Assembly (NCBI GenBank): GCA_965219415.1
Contig: OZ244742.1
Coordinates: forward strand, 1,888,001-1,952,000
Length of the DNA: 64,000 bases
DNA from: Candidatus Marinacidobacterales bacterium
GTDB taxonomy: Bacteria > Acidobacteriota > Vicinamibacteria > Marinacidobacterales > DATDRI01
Direction of reading: 5' to 3'
Shown here: positions 11,506 through 21,940 of the stretch, one piece after another
Numbering within the stretch: the stretch's first letter is position 1
How the letters are laid out: each line of letters opens with the position of its first letter
Notes under the pieces: model-generated
What the model was told of the DNA's origin: nothing
What the model saw: only the letters and a program-made list of their open reading frames with translations
The model's database searches: none
Position numbers and translations under genes: made by a program

Positions 11506-12702
11506 ATGTCTGCTGGGAACAGCCTGTTTAACGCTCGGTTTTTCGTCATCTGCGCTTTCAACTTTACGGTCTTCCTGTCCGGTTTCATGCTGTTCCCTAC
11601 CGGTCCGTTTCACATTCTGGACTTGGGAGGGAATAAGTTCACCGCCGGGCTCTTCTTGGCCTTTCTGACCTACGCCTCCGCGTTTTCGGCTCCCTTCACG
11701 GGTGCTCTGGCCGACCGAATCGGCAAACGCCGCGTCCTGATCGTGGCCAGCCTAACCCTGGTAGTCATCTCCGCCCTATACGCGGTGAGCCCGACGTATA
11801 CGATCTTGTTATCTTTGGTTCCCATTCACGGGTTTTTCTGGTCGGGCCTTCTCGCCGCCTCTGGTGCGTATCTCGTGGACCAAATCCCCTCCTCCCGGCG
11901 CGCCGAGGGTCTAGCTTTCTGGGGGCTCGCAACGGTCGGCGCGATCGCCATCGCGCCGCCACTCGCCTTTTGGCTCTATGATTCCGGCGGATGGCTGTGG
12001 GTTTGCATTGCATCGTCGGTGTTCAACGTCTTCATGGCGGGGATTGCTCTCAACCTCCAGGAGGGACAGCGCCCAAGCCCGGAACACAGTCTCGAACCAA
12101 CGTTTGTCGAATGGCGCGTTCTCGGAATTTCTCTAACCCTCTTCCTCTTTAGCTTCGGGTACGGCGGGGTCACGAGCTTCGTAGCGCTTTACGCTCAAGC
12201 TAGCGGCACCGCCTCCAAAAGCATCTACTTCACGGTGCTCGCGATCGTCATTTTGGTCACCCGCCCACTCCTCGGCTTGTTGGCCGACCGCATCGGTCAT
12301 AAGAAAGTCTTCATTCCCTGTTTGGCGTTCATAGCGGTGGGGTTAGCCCTTCTGGTACCCGGCGGAACGCTTCGCTGGCTAGTGAGCTCTGCCATCTTCT
12401 TTGGCATCGGTTTGGGCTCGGCGCTTCCTGTTTTCACTGCCTACATCATGCAGCGCGTATCCACGGCCCGGCGGGGAGCGGCGTTCGGCAGCATGTTGGC
12501 AGCCTTCGACACCGGCATTGGGACCGGATCGATGGCTATGGGGTATGTCATCGAGGCGACTAGTTACGGCCTCGCGTTCGGCATCGCGGCCTTGCTCGCA
12601 ACGCTGGCGATTCCCTACTTCCTCGTGTCGGAGCGAAGGTTTCTAAGGGAAACCGAAGAGCCCGGCTATACTACAGCCGAGCCGAAAGGAGAGATCCCAT
12701 GA
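11506..12702 (+). CDS. MFS transporter
   Basis: About 12 hydrophobic segments; GALADRIGKR and GLLADRIGHK motif A copies. Confidence 0.9.
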   Translation: MSAGNSLFNARFFVICAFNFTVFLSGFMLFPTGPFHILDLGGNKFTAGLFLAFLTYASAFSAPFTGALADRIGKRRVLIVASLTLVVISALYAVSPTYTILLSLVPIHGFFWSGLLAASGAYLVDQIPSSRRAEGLAFWGLATVGAIAIAPPLAFWLYDSGGWLWVCIASSVFNVFMAGIALNLQEGQRPSPEHSLEPTFVEWRVLGISLTLFLFSFGYGGVTSFVALYAQASGTASKSIYFTVLAIVILVTRPLLGLLADRIGHKKVFIPCLAFIAVGLALLVPGGTLRWLVSSAIFFGIGLGSALPVFTAYIMQRVSTARRGAAFGSMLAAFDTGIGTGSMAMGYVIEATSYGLAFGIAALLATLAIPYFLVSERRFLRETEEPGYTTAEPKGEIP

Positions 12703-13913
12703 CCTCCCTGGACCGCCGCAGTTTCCTCAAGTCCACCGCCGCCGGATTGGCCTCGGTAGCCGCCGCCCGCGGCGAGACGCACCCGGCGAACGATGACCCC
12801 TTCGGAGTGCGCGCGGAGTTCCCCATCACCGAGACCCAGGCCTATCTCAATACTGCCTCCTCCGGCCCTTTTCCCCGGGCAGTGAGAACAGCGGCACTCG
12901 CGTTCGCGGAAGAAAAGACACTACGCCCGACACCCGGCCGCAGACAGGAGACTCGTGCCAGCGCGCGGGCGAAGTTTGCGAAGCTCTTCGACGCCAAAGA
13001 AGAAGAGGTGGCCTTCCTCTATTCCACGAGTGACGGAGAGAACATCGTCGCCCGCGGCCTCGACCTGCAAGCAGGCGACAACGTCGTGATCGACGAGCTT
13101 CATTTCATCACCAGCTTCGTGCTCTTCCGCCAACTCGAGGAGGAACGAGGCATCGAGCTTCGCGTCGTGCCACAGAAAAACGGGCGAGCCCCGGTCGAGG
13201 AGTTCGAGGCACGCGTCGACCGGCGCACGCGACTCATTTCCGTAGCTTGGGTATCGAACCGTAACGGATACCGGCACGACGTCCGTGCCCTTGCCGACCT
13301 CGCTCACAGTCACGGGGCGTTGCTCTACGCGGATGCTATCCAGGCGTTCGGTACTTTCCCCCTCAAGCTCAAAGAGCAGGGTGTGGATTTCGCGACCGGT
13401 AATTCGTACAAGTGGATTTACGCCGGCTATGGAGTCGCGCCTTTTTTTATTCGCGCAGAGCATCTCGACCGTATCCGCCCCGATCGCTACGGTCATGCCC
13501 AGGTGGCGGAGTCACTCCCCGACTACGAAAACCGCCTACAGAAAACGGCTCGAAAGTTCGAGTATGCGAACCCGGCTTACGGTCCCCTGTATCAACTGGA
13601 CGCCGCCCTTTCGTTTCTCGAGGATGTTGGGCTCGCGCGGATCGAAGCTCATGGCGTAGCGCTCGCCGCAGACCTCCGTGACGGAGTGAACAAACTGGGG
13701 TTTGAGGCCTGGACCCCGCCGAACAACACCTCTCCCATCGTCACGTTTCCTCATCGACAGAAGCCCGTGGACATGGCGCGACTTCTCGAAAAGGAGACGG
13801 TCGTTGTCACGCTCCGCGAGGAGGGGGGATCGCACATACGGGCTGCGATAGGCATGTTCAACAACCGCAGCGACATAAATCGACTCTTGAGGGTACTCAA
13901 GAGAATCGCCTAG
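12699..13913 (+). CDS. Class V PLP-dependent aminotransferase family protein with Tat signal
   Basis: DRRSFLK Tat motif, YLNTAS, DAIQ, SYKW PLP lysine. Confidence 0.85.
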   Translation: MTSLDRRSFLKSTAAGLASVAAARGETHPANDDPFGVRAEFPITETQAYLNTASSGPFPRAVRTAALAFAEEKTLRPTPGRRQETRASARAKFAKLFDAKEEEVAFLYSTSDGENIVARGLDLQAGDNVVIDELHFITSFVLFRQLEEERGIELRVVPQKNGRAPVEEFEARVDRRTRLISVAWVSNRNGYRHDVRALADLAHSHGALLYADAIQAFGTFPLKLKEQGVDFATGNSYKWIYAGYGVAPFFIRAEHLDRIRPDRYGHAQVAESLPDYENRLQKTARKFEYANPAYGPLYQLDAALSFLEDVGLARIEAHGVALAADLRDGVNKLGFEAWTPPNNTSPIVTFPHRQKPVDMARLLEKETVVVTLREEGGSHIRAAIGMFNNRSDINRLLRVLKRIA

Positions 13914-13934
13914 CAATCAAAGGAGGGCACTCAA

Positions 13935-14396
13935 ATGAAACGATGGTCTCTAAAACAACTCGCCGTTGGAGTGGCTCTGGGCGGATTGCTTACAGCATCC
14001 GCGGGGTTCCAGAAATCTTCGGCGCCGCGGTACATCACTTTGCCTGAACGCACCGATGATCGGCCTTATAGCAACGCCGTGCTCGTCGGCGACACGCTCT
14101 ATCTCTCGGGCGCGATAGGGATCGACCCGAAGACCGGTAAGCCGCCGGCGGACGTCAAAGAGGAAGTCAAGATCGTCTTGGACAGCATGAAGCGGCGGCT
14201 CGAGATGGTGGGAATGACGATGGACGATCTGGTAACGGTCCAGGTCTTCTGCCCCAACCTCGATCTATACGGCGAGTTCAACGACGTCTACCGCACCTAC
14301 TTCAAAGAGCACTTCCCGGCGCGGGGATTCATCGGCTCGGGTCCCCTCTTGGCCGAAGGCAACTTCGAAATAATGGGGGTCGCAGTCAAGCGTTAA
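13935..14396 (+). CDS. RidA/YjgF family protein with signal peptide
   Basis: PYSNAV, LYLSG, FPAR, EI motifs. Confidence 0.85.
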   Translation: MKRWSLKQLAVGVALGGLLTASAGFQKSSAPRYITLPERTDDRPYSNAVLVGDTLYLSGAIGIDPKTGKPPADVKEEVKIVLDSMKRRLEMVGMTMDDLVTVQVFCPNLDLYGEFNDVYRTYFKEHFPARGFIGSGPLLAEGNFEIMGVAVKR

Positions 14397-16737
14397 GGCG
14401 GCTCGACTATTTGTGGACTGACGAGACTAATTCTTCTTGTCATGTCGTCTCGTCAATCGATCTCCCCTTAGATGAGAGGCCACTCCTCGCCCATGGAAAG
14501 TAAATGTTAGAAGCAGGAAGGCGACTCGGCTCGTACGAAATCGTTGCGAGCCTTGGTGCAGGTGGCATGGGCGAGGTCTACCGAGCGAAAGATCTCAAGC
14601 TCAGGCGTGAGGTGGCGATCAAGGTGCTGCCGGAGGAGTTCGCTTCCGATTCCGAACGCCTAAGGCGATTCGACCAAGAAGCCCGGTCCGCTTCGGCGCT
14701 CAACCATCCCAACATCATTACTATCCACGACATAGGAGAGCAAGACGGCACGCACTACATTGCGATGGAGCTGGTGGAGGGAAAGACGCTACGTGAAGAA
14801 CTTCAGGACGGTCCCGTACCCGCCGCCAAACTGATCGACTTCGCGACCCAAGTCGGGCAGGGCCTTGCGAAGGCTCACGCAGCAGGCATCGTTCATCGTG
14901 ATTTGAAGCCCGATAACCTGATGGTAAGCAACGATGGCTTCGTGAAGATCCTCGACTTCGGGTTAGCCAAGTTGTCACCCCAACTCTCGGACCTCGGTTC
15001 GCAAATGGCGACGTTGAGCAAGATGCAGACCCCAGAGGGTGTCATCCTCGGTACGGTGCAATATATGTCCCCGGAACAGGCCGTGGGCCGGACGGTGGAT
15101 TTCTGCTCTGACCAGTTTTCCTTCGGATCGATTCTCTACGAGATGGCGACCGGCAAGCGTGCCTTCGAGCGCGAGAGTTTCGCGCAGACGTTGACCGCGA
15201 TTATCGAAAGCGACCCAGAACCGGCGACGTCACTGAACCCCAATCTCCCTGGTGGTCTCGGCGTGATCTTGAAACGCTGTTTGGCGAAAGATCCGAGCAA
15301 GCGTTACGAATCCACGAACGAGCTGGCCAAAGAGGTTGGACTGGTGCGCGCGGAAGACGTCGGTTCCCAACGAAAGGGCCGGCGATGGATTGCAGCGGGG
15401 ATCTTGCTCGCCGCGCTTGCTGTCGTCGTGGGGCTCAACTTGGAAGGACTACGCGACCGCCTGCCTGGCACGCCGATGGAGGCGGTGCCGGCGCCACAGA
15501 TGATCGTTGTCCTCCCGTTCGAGAACCTCGGCCCTTCCGAGGACGAGTACTTTGTAGCGGACATGACCGACGAGATCACCAGCCGCCTCGGTGCAGTCAG
15601 CGGGCTCGGGATCATATCGAGGAAGCGTGCGCTTCGTTACGCCCACACCGAAAAGACCACGAGCGAGATCGGCGATGAGCTGGGGGATCGGCTACATCCT
15701 CGTTGGAAGTGTGCGCTGGGCCGGCGGCGGAGACGGTCCTATCCGAGTACGAATCACGCCGGAGCTCATCCGCGCCTCAGACGGCACTCAGCTTTGGTCC
15801 GAGCCCTACGATAGGGTCATAGACGATATTTTCGAGGTGCAATCGGACATCGCCGGCCAGGTCATCCAGCGGCTGGGCGTTACGCTTCTCGACATAGAGC
15901 ATGCCCCTCTCACCTCCCGACCGACTGAGAACCTGGAAGCCTACACTCTCTACCTAAAGGGGCGGCACTTCTGGAACAAGAGAACCGAGAAGGACATCCA
16001 GACCGCCCTCGACTATTTTCAACAAGCCGTTGATCTGGACCCTGGTTACGCGCTAGCTCACGTCGGAATCGCCGACGTTTGGATCTTTCGCGGATGGTAT
16101 AGCGTCCTGGCCCCGAAAGAGACCTTCCCGAAAGCCAAGGCGGGCGGTGCTCAAAGCGTTGCAGTTCGACGAAACCTTGGCAGAAGCGCACACGTCACTC
16201 GCCCATGTACACTTCGAGTTCGATCACGACTGGGAGGCGGCAAGGAAAGAATACGAGCGCGCCATCGAGCTCAATCCGCGCCACCCCACCGCCCACCACT
16301 GGTACGGCGGCTTTTTGTCCGCCATGGGAGAGCATGAGGAGGGGCTAAAGCAAGCCGAGGAAAGCGCGGGAGCTGGATCCGTTATCACTGATTATCAATA
16401 CACGGGTAGGCCTCCGTCACTACTTCGCCGGGCGATACGAGGTAGCCATCGAGGAATATCACAAGGCTCTGGAGTTGGGTCCTAATTTCGGCCCCGGGCA
16501 TTGGCATTTGGGGTGGGCCTACGAGCAAGCGGCCCGCTACCCGGAGGCCATCGGGGAAGCGCAACGAGCGGTGGAATTGTCGACCGGAAACCCACTCTAC
16601 ATCGCCTCACTCGGCCACGCCTATGCCAAGGCAGGCAAGCAGGACGAAGCGCGAACGGTTCTCGACCAGCTGGAGCAGGAGTCTGCAACAAGGCACGTGT
16701 CCGCGTACCACACTGCGGTTATTTTGACGGCACTTGG

Positions 16738-17817
16738 GTGTGACTTCAAGTTTGAAGCGCACCATTCGTTAGAGCCCATGGAAACGTTCCTCCGGTGTGC
16801 GGTAGCCGAGTCTCTTGCGGGGCCGTGAGTTGAGCTTGTTTGCGATACGATCGCAGTCGCGTTGCGTGAGCGCTGCTTGGCTGGTGCGCTTCGGCAGGTA
16901 TTGTCGTAGCAGGTCATTGAAGTTCTCGTTGCTGCCTCTCTCCCATGAGTGATAGGGAGTCGCGAAGTAGAACTTGACGCCGGTCGCTTCCTCGACGGAT
17001 TCGTAGTCGTGGAACTCCGTACCATTGTCCGCGGTGATCGTCTTGACCTGCTCCGGCACCCGCCGGAGCAACATCTTCGTTCGCTGACTAGTGCTGAACA
17101 TGGTGCGGTCGGACAGCTTGCCGATCAGCGCATAGCCCGTCTTTCGTTCCACGAGCGTGGTTACGCAGTCCGGCGCGCCTTTTCCTACCACGGTGTCGAT
17201 CTCCCAGTGGCCAACGGCACTGCGCTTGTCGACACAAGGCGGCCGCTCGGAGATATGACGCTTCCCGGCCAGGTGGCCTCGGCTGTCATAGCTGTTGTGG
17301 CGCTTGCGTCTAAGTTTGGGCGAGCATCGAAGGTGGCGGTATAGATGTCCTCCGGCCTCCTTGTCCCGCCAGACGTGGGTGTAGATCGTCTCGTGGCTGA
17401 TCGAGAGCTCGCCGTGAAGGCGCAGGTGGCCGGAGATCTGCTCTGGGCTCCAGTCAGCCTTAAGCTTCTTCTCCACCAGGGCAAAGTCGGCCTTTGTGAA
17501 GTACTGGTTCCGGCGAGACCGCGATCGTCGTCCGTTCGTTTTCTCGATGGCCTTGCTCGGCCGGTAGCATCCATCACTACGTGAGCTGTTCCTCCTGACC
17601 TCTCTCGAGATTGTGCTCCGGTGGTGCCCCAGGCGCCGCGCAATCTCGGCTGAGCAAAATCCCTCCCGTCGCAGCGCCGCGATGGTGTATCGTTCTTCCG
17701 AGGTGATCTGGTAATAAGTCATTAGCGAGTCTCCATTCTTGGTTGTTTGAGGAATCGTGGCACATTCCAGGTCACCTCATCCGGGAGCTGTGTTGCACTT
17801 GCTTTATGAATTCGCGG
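16738..17817 (-). mobile_element. IS30 family insertion sequence
   Basis: Imperfect terminal IRs (GTGACTTCAAGTTTGAAGCGCACCA and rc GCGAATTCATAAAGCAAGTGCAACA); apparent 2-bp GG duplication; removing it restores kinase ALGD. Confidence 0.85.
16769..17722 (-). CDS. IS30 family transposase
   Basis: HTH RSTISREVRRN, WSPEQI, GHWEIDTV, TADNGTEF, PYHSWERGSNEN, LNSRPRKRLGY. Confidence 0.95.
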   Translation of the reverse strand: MTYYQITSEERYTIAALRREGFCSAEIARRLGHHRSTISREVRRNSSRSDGCYRPSKAIEKTNGRRSRSRRNQYFTKADFALVEKKLKADWSPEQISGHLRLHGELSISHETIYTHVWRDKEAGGHLYRHLRCSPKLRRKRHNSYDSRGHLAGKRHISERPPCVDKRSAVGHWEIDTVVGKGAPDCVTTLVERKTGYALIGKLSDRTMFSTSQRTKMLLRRVPEQVKTITADNGTEFHDYESVEEATGVKFYFATPYHSWERGSNENFNDLLRQYLPKRTSQAALTQRDCDRIANKLNSRPRKRLGYRTPEERFHGL

Positions 17818-18032
17818 GGTGATACAGACGAAGCGTTCGAACGGCTAGAAGGTGCTTTCGAGGAACGCCCCCTTGGATCGGCTATATGAAGGTCGACCCG
17901 CGGCTGGACCCACTCAGGTCAAACGCGAGATTTGGCGAATTGCTTCGCAAGGCTCGTCTCGACTTTTGACGAGAAGCGCCGATGGCGTACGCCGCTCGTC
18001 CCATCTGCACGAGTTTTTGCCGACGCTCCTTT

Positions 18033-18353
18033 CTAACTTCCCGGAGGCTTGTAGGAAACGGCCTTCTTGACTGCTTCGTCCATGTCCTGTGGTGTCATCA
18101 GGGCGGTGGTCTTCACCTTCACCGCACCGGAGGCGTTCGTCGCCAGCGACAGCGCGGTGACGGTCGCGTGGTCCGGCGCGTCGAGAACGAGATAGACATC
18201 GTCGTCTCCGAGCGCAAAGTAGAACGACTCGACTTTGCCGCCAAGGGGCCCCAGGGCCTCTTCGACAGCTCGAACCCGCTTCGACCCACCGTCCTTGATT
18301 AGCCTCTTGACGCCCTCCGTCGTGTACGACGCACGAATGAGATACTTAGCCAA
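18033..18353 (-). CDS. GYD domain protein
   Basis: YT.EG...GGKVESFYFALG.DD, typical size of about 106 aa. Confidence 0.8.
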   Translation of the reverse strand: MAKYLIRASYTTEGVKRLIKDGGSKRVRAVEEALGPLGGKVESFYFALGDDDVYLVLDAPDHATVTALSLATNASGAVKVKTTALMTPQDMDEAVKKAVSYKPPGS

Positions 18354-18576
18354 TGACTCCTCCTTCGAGAAACTGGGACCTCCCGATCATCAGGAGTCGG
18401 ACCCACGAGGACGAGGGGTGGTCAGGAGGTCCCGGGTCTTGCCCTTCGGGCGCGCCCCGGAGGAGACTTCCCCTGCGGGACGATTCGCCGAACGGGTAAC
18501 GGAAGCATAACGGACCGGACTCCGGGGAGTCAAGTGATCCGGGTTGACGGCGGGAACCGTTGCTAGCGCGCGAAAC

Positions 18577-19437
18577 CTAAGAACACGCCCCGCAAGAATC
18601 ACCGTGGGCGTAATGCCCGGGCCACGCGGACTTGGAGATGGAGAGCGTTTTCTTCTCCTTGTGACATACGAGGATCTTGTTGGATTTTTCCGGGTCGGCC
18701 GCGATGCATTCCGGAACGTTTCCGTTGCCAACGTCCGTCCGGTCGTCGTCTTCCTCTTCCTGTAGCTTGATTTCGCGAGCGAAGACGACCTGCGTACCAT
18801 CCACCGTCCTCCACTCGCCTTTCACATGCACGCGCTTGCCGTCCACGTCTTCCAAGGGGATCCTGCGATTGCCCTCGCGTATCGCGGTCTCGCCTCCGCT
18901 CGAAACGACCAGCTCGCCGTTCACGCGAAGGGTTCCATCGTTGGGATGGCCGTCCCCTGGCTGTACATCACTCGCCATGCCCTCGAGCTCGACGTCACCG
19001 TGGCCAATTCCGTTGCGCTTCTCGGAAAGCAGGTCTACCGTACCGTCGTCGGCCAAATCCACAAGGATGGTAATTTGTTGGTTGGGCAAGACTTCCCTAA
19101 AACGAATCCGGCCGATCCGATTCCCGTTCTCGTCTCGGAAAACAAGCGTGAAGGCACCTTCCGGTAGTCCTCGGAGTGTGAAGGAACCGCTGGCGCCGAC
19201 CGCCACTCGGATCCCGGTGTCGTTGCCTTCACGATCCAAGACTTCGACGGTAACTCCCTCGAGATCCGTCGCGGACTGCGCACGAAACGCAAGCGGCGAG
19301 CGACCGTCCGATACGAATTGCCCCGTTAGGTTGACTCCGTCTTGTGAGGGAGAGGTTGGGCTAGAACCGCCACAGCCAACAACAAGAAAGCTCAACAGCG
19401 CGACTGCGAGCGATGGCAATATTGTTCGATGAGGCAT
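18577..19437 (-). CDS. Hypothetical lipoprotein with C-terminal Cys/His mini-domain
   Basis: Lipobox VVGC followed by GGSSPTSPS; beta-rich domains; C-terminal KILVCHK...GHYAHGDSCGAC. Confidence 0.7.
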   Translation of the reverse strand: MPHRTILPSLAVALLSFLVVGCGGSSPTSPSQDGVNLTGQFVSDGRSPLAFRAQSATDLEGVTVEVLDREGNDTGIRVAVGASGSFTLRGLPEGAFTLVFRDENGNRIGRIRFREVLPNQQITILVDLADDGTVDLLSEKRNGIGHGDVELEGMASDVQPGDGHPNDGTLRVNGELVVSSGGETAIREGNRRIPLEDVDGKRVHVKGEWRTVDGTQVVFAREIKLQEEEDDDRTDVGNGNVPECIAADPEKSNKILVCHKEKKTLSISKSAWPGHYAHGDSCGACS

Positions 19438-19589
19438 CGTCGTCTCCCTTGGGCTCTGAACGCACACTTCTCGGGTTGTGGCTGGGGATCAATAGATGAT
19501 GGTAGCAAAGAGGGCCCGGAGACGACATGATCTGGGTCACTCAAGGGACTCCCAAATTCTGTGGGGAAAATCCAACGCTTGCCCTTTGA

Positions 19590-19623
19590 CCCTCACCCCG
19601 GCCCTCTCCAGGAGGGAGAGGGA
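19590..19623. repeat. REP-like palindrome CCCTCACCCC...GGGAGAGGG
   Basis: CCCTCACCCCGGCCCTCTCCAGGAGGGAGAGGG just downstream of the cyclase gene. Confidence 0.55.
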
Positions 19624-19645
19624 GTAAAGGACTAAGAAACCATCA

Positions 19646-20491
19646 TTAAGGCACGATCCCGAAGATGCGGCTGGACGCCCCAGAGCCACCCTGGATCTTC
19701 ATCGGCGCTACCACCAACCATGCGCCGGCGGCGGGCAGAGCCTCCACGTTCGCGATCAGCTCGATCTGGTACTTGCCAGCCCGGTGCATCTCGATATGCA
19801 CTTGATTGAAGGGATCCGTGTTGAGAGAAATGCCTAGGGCGTCGGTGGACAGGGAATCGGTCGCAACCGCGTTGATGTCACGGTTCTCCAAGAGCCATCG
19901 AATGGCGTCCGGGGAAAAACCTGGGAAGTGTAACTCTCCGGCATCGTTCAAACCTAGAAACGCCGTCGGATCGGAGTACTTGTCACTCCACCCGCTGTTC
20001 ATGATGATCACCGCGCCCGAGGGGATCTCTCCATTCGCTTGTTCCCAGGCCGCGAGGTCATCGACCGAAATCATATAGTCGGAATCAGCCGCCGCCTTTG
20101 CCTTCACATTCACCACAACCGCTGGCGCCACCAATCGTTCGAGCGGTATCTCATCTATGGCTTCTTTGTCTTTGCCCGGGAACCAGTGGTTCGGAGCATC
20201 CACGTGCGTACCCGAGTGCTCCGTCACCTGATACCAGTTCCAGTACCAAGTGTTCATGCCCGGTTCGTCCCATTTCGAGATCTCGTTGAGCTTGAAGGGA
20301 ACACCCTGCCCCAAGTGGGGAGGAGCCTGGAACTCCGGCATCCCCTCATAGTAAGGATGGGATAGGTCGACCAGAGAGTAGTTCCCCGCTGCGAGTACTT
20401 CCGCCACCGTTGGCGGAGGTACCGCGGGAGGTGCACAAGCGACGAGCCACGCGATTCCCCCGATCCCCAGGACAAGCGTGATGAGTCTCAT
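19646..20491 (-). CDS. Cyclase (kynurenine formamidase/isatin hydrolase) family lipoprotein
   Basis: VDLSHP, EHSGTHVDAPNH (HxGTHxDxPxH), HFPG, GGSGA; lipobox LVAC; RBS-supported ATG at 20491. Confidence 0.88.
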   Translation of the reverse strand: MRLITLVLGIGGIAWLVACAPPAVPPPTVAEVLAAGNYSLVDLSHPYYEGMPEFQAPPHLGQGVPFKLNEISKWDEPGMNTWYWNWYQVTEHSGTHVDAPNHWFPGKDKEAIDEIPLERLVAPAVVVNVKAKAAADSDYMISVDDLAAWEQANGEIPSGAVIIMNSGWSDKYSDPTAFLGLNDAGELHFPGFSPDAIRWLLENRDINAVATDSLSTDALGISLNTDPFNQVHIEMHRAGKYQIELIANVEALPAAGAWLVVAPMKIQGGSGASSRIFGIVP

Positions 20492-20624
20492 TCTTTTCCT
20501 CCCCGAGAAATTGTCTTCCAACGCTGGCGACCCCTCTTGCTCCGCCAACAATAATGGAAATCGAACACAAGGATCAAAACTCAGAAATGACACCCTGACC
20601 GTTTGCCACTAGTATGAGGCGGCC

Positions 20625-21914
20625 ATGGTCCCGGAAGGAAGCCCGTCGAGCCCCGAACGCCATTTCCTCAAGGCCCTCGGCCCCGGTTTGCTGCTCGCTG
20701 CGGTGGCGGTGGGGGTATCCCATCTGGTTCAGTCCACTCGTGCCGGGGCGGTGTACGGGTTCGCAATGTTGGTCTTCATCGTGGGCGCCGTCGCAACGAA
20801 ATACCCGACCTACCGATTTGCCCCGCAATACACCCAGGCGACCGGCGTCTCCATGGTCGAAGGATTCCGGCGCCAAGGCCGTTGGGCGCTTACCCTGTTT
20901 GCGCTGGTCTTCCCGGTCCCGGCGCTCGTCGCAGTCGCCGCGGTGACGATTGTGACCGCCGGGGTCGCCAAGGCCGCCTTCCATCTCGGTGCGAGCCCCA
21001 CCAACATTACCATCGCGATACTGGCTATCACTGCCGTGTTATTGATCACCGGTCGGTATCACTGGCTCGACCTTTTGATGAAACCGCTGATGTTGGTACT
21101 CACCGTAACGACAGTGGCCGCGGCGGTACTGGTTATCCCTTACATCGATTGGTCCCACTCCGGAAGCTTGTGGCCGGCCAACTTCGACATGAGGACGATA
21201 CTATTCACCGCCGCACTGATCGGATGGATGCCCGCCCCACTCGAATCGGCGGTCATCCATACCTTGTGGTTGAGAGCCAAAGTCCAGGACACCGCCTACC
21301 GGCCGAGTGAAAGAGAATCGTCGCTCGATTTCCACATCGGTTATGTCGCTACGCTCCTGCTCGCGGTCTGTTTTCTGGTGCTCGGCGCCGGGGTCATGCA
21401 CGGGAAGGGTATCTCGTTCGAGGCAAGCGCCGGAGGGTTCGCCGCGCAGGTGATGTCCCTCTACACCGAAACCCTGGGCAACTGGAGTCGGCCGCTGATT
21501 GCAGCCGCCGCGCTGGCGGTGATGTACTCCACCGTGATCGCAGCGATCGATGGATTCTCCAGGATCACCGCCTCGATAATCTCGTGCTTTCGGGGCCCTG
21601 AGAAACCGGCGCAGGAGCATGGCTTGGATACGTGGAACGTTCTCTATGTCATTTCCATCGTGGTGCTCTGTGTGGGCGCGGCGACGATCATCCTTTTCTT
21701 CTTGAGATCGTTCAAAGCACTGGTCGATATCGCGACGACCCTCTCGTTTATCACTACGCCCGTATTGGCTTTACTGATCCACAGATCCATCATGAGCGCC
21801 GATGTCCCCGCAGAAGCGAAGCCCGGACGGGCTTTCTGGGGCTTTAGCGTGTTTTGTATCGGAGTGTTGACGACCTTTGCCGTCGGGTATTTGTTCTTGC
21901 TGGTTGTGCGGTAA
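20625..21914 (+). CDS. NRAMP-like (APC superfamily) transporter
   Basis: LGPGLL.A...VG.SHLVQSTRAGA.YG, IGWMPAP; about 11 TM segments. Confidence 0.8.
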   Translation: MVPEGSPSSPERHFLKALGPGLLLAAVAVGVSHLVQSTRAGAVYGFAMLVFIVGAVATKYPTYRFAPQYTQATGVSMVEGFRRQGRWALTLFALVFPVPALVAVAAVTIVTAGVAKAAFHLGASPTNITIAILAITAVLLITGRYHWLDLLMKPLMLVLTVTTVAAAVLVIPYIDWSHSGSLWPANFDMRTILFTAALIGWMPAPLESAVIHTLWLRAKVQDTAYRPSERESSLDFHIGYVATLLLAVCFLVLGAGVMHGKGISFEASAGGFAAQVMSLYTETLGNWSRPLIAAAALAVMYSTVIAAIDGFSRITASIISCFRGPEKPAQEHGLDTWNVLYVISIVVLCVGAATIILFFLRSFKALVDIATTLSFITTPVLALLIHRSIMSADVPAEAKPGRAFWGFSVFCIGVLTTFAVGYLFLLVVR

Positions 21915-21940
21915 ACATCTTTCTTAGAAAGGACGAGTCC

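Larger units (their letters stand above)
14504..17969 (+). pseudogene. Ser/Thr protein kinase with TolB-like and TPR domains, frameshifted and interrupted by IS30
   Basis: GAGGMGEVY, HRDLKPDN, DFG, YMSPEQ, then VLPFENL and TPRs in successive frames (shifts near 15685, 16145, 16360, 17870); the C-terminus GDTDEAFERLE...KVDPRLDPLRS...DF-stop resumes after the IS. Confidence 0.85.
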
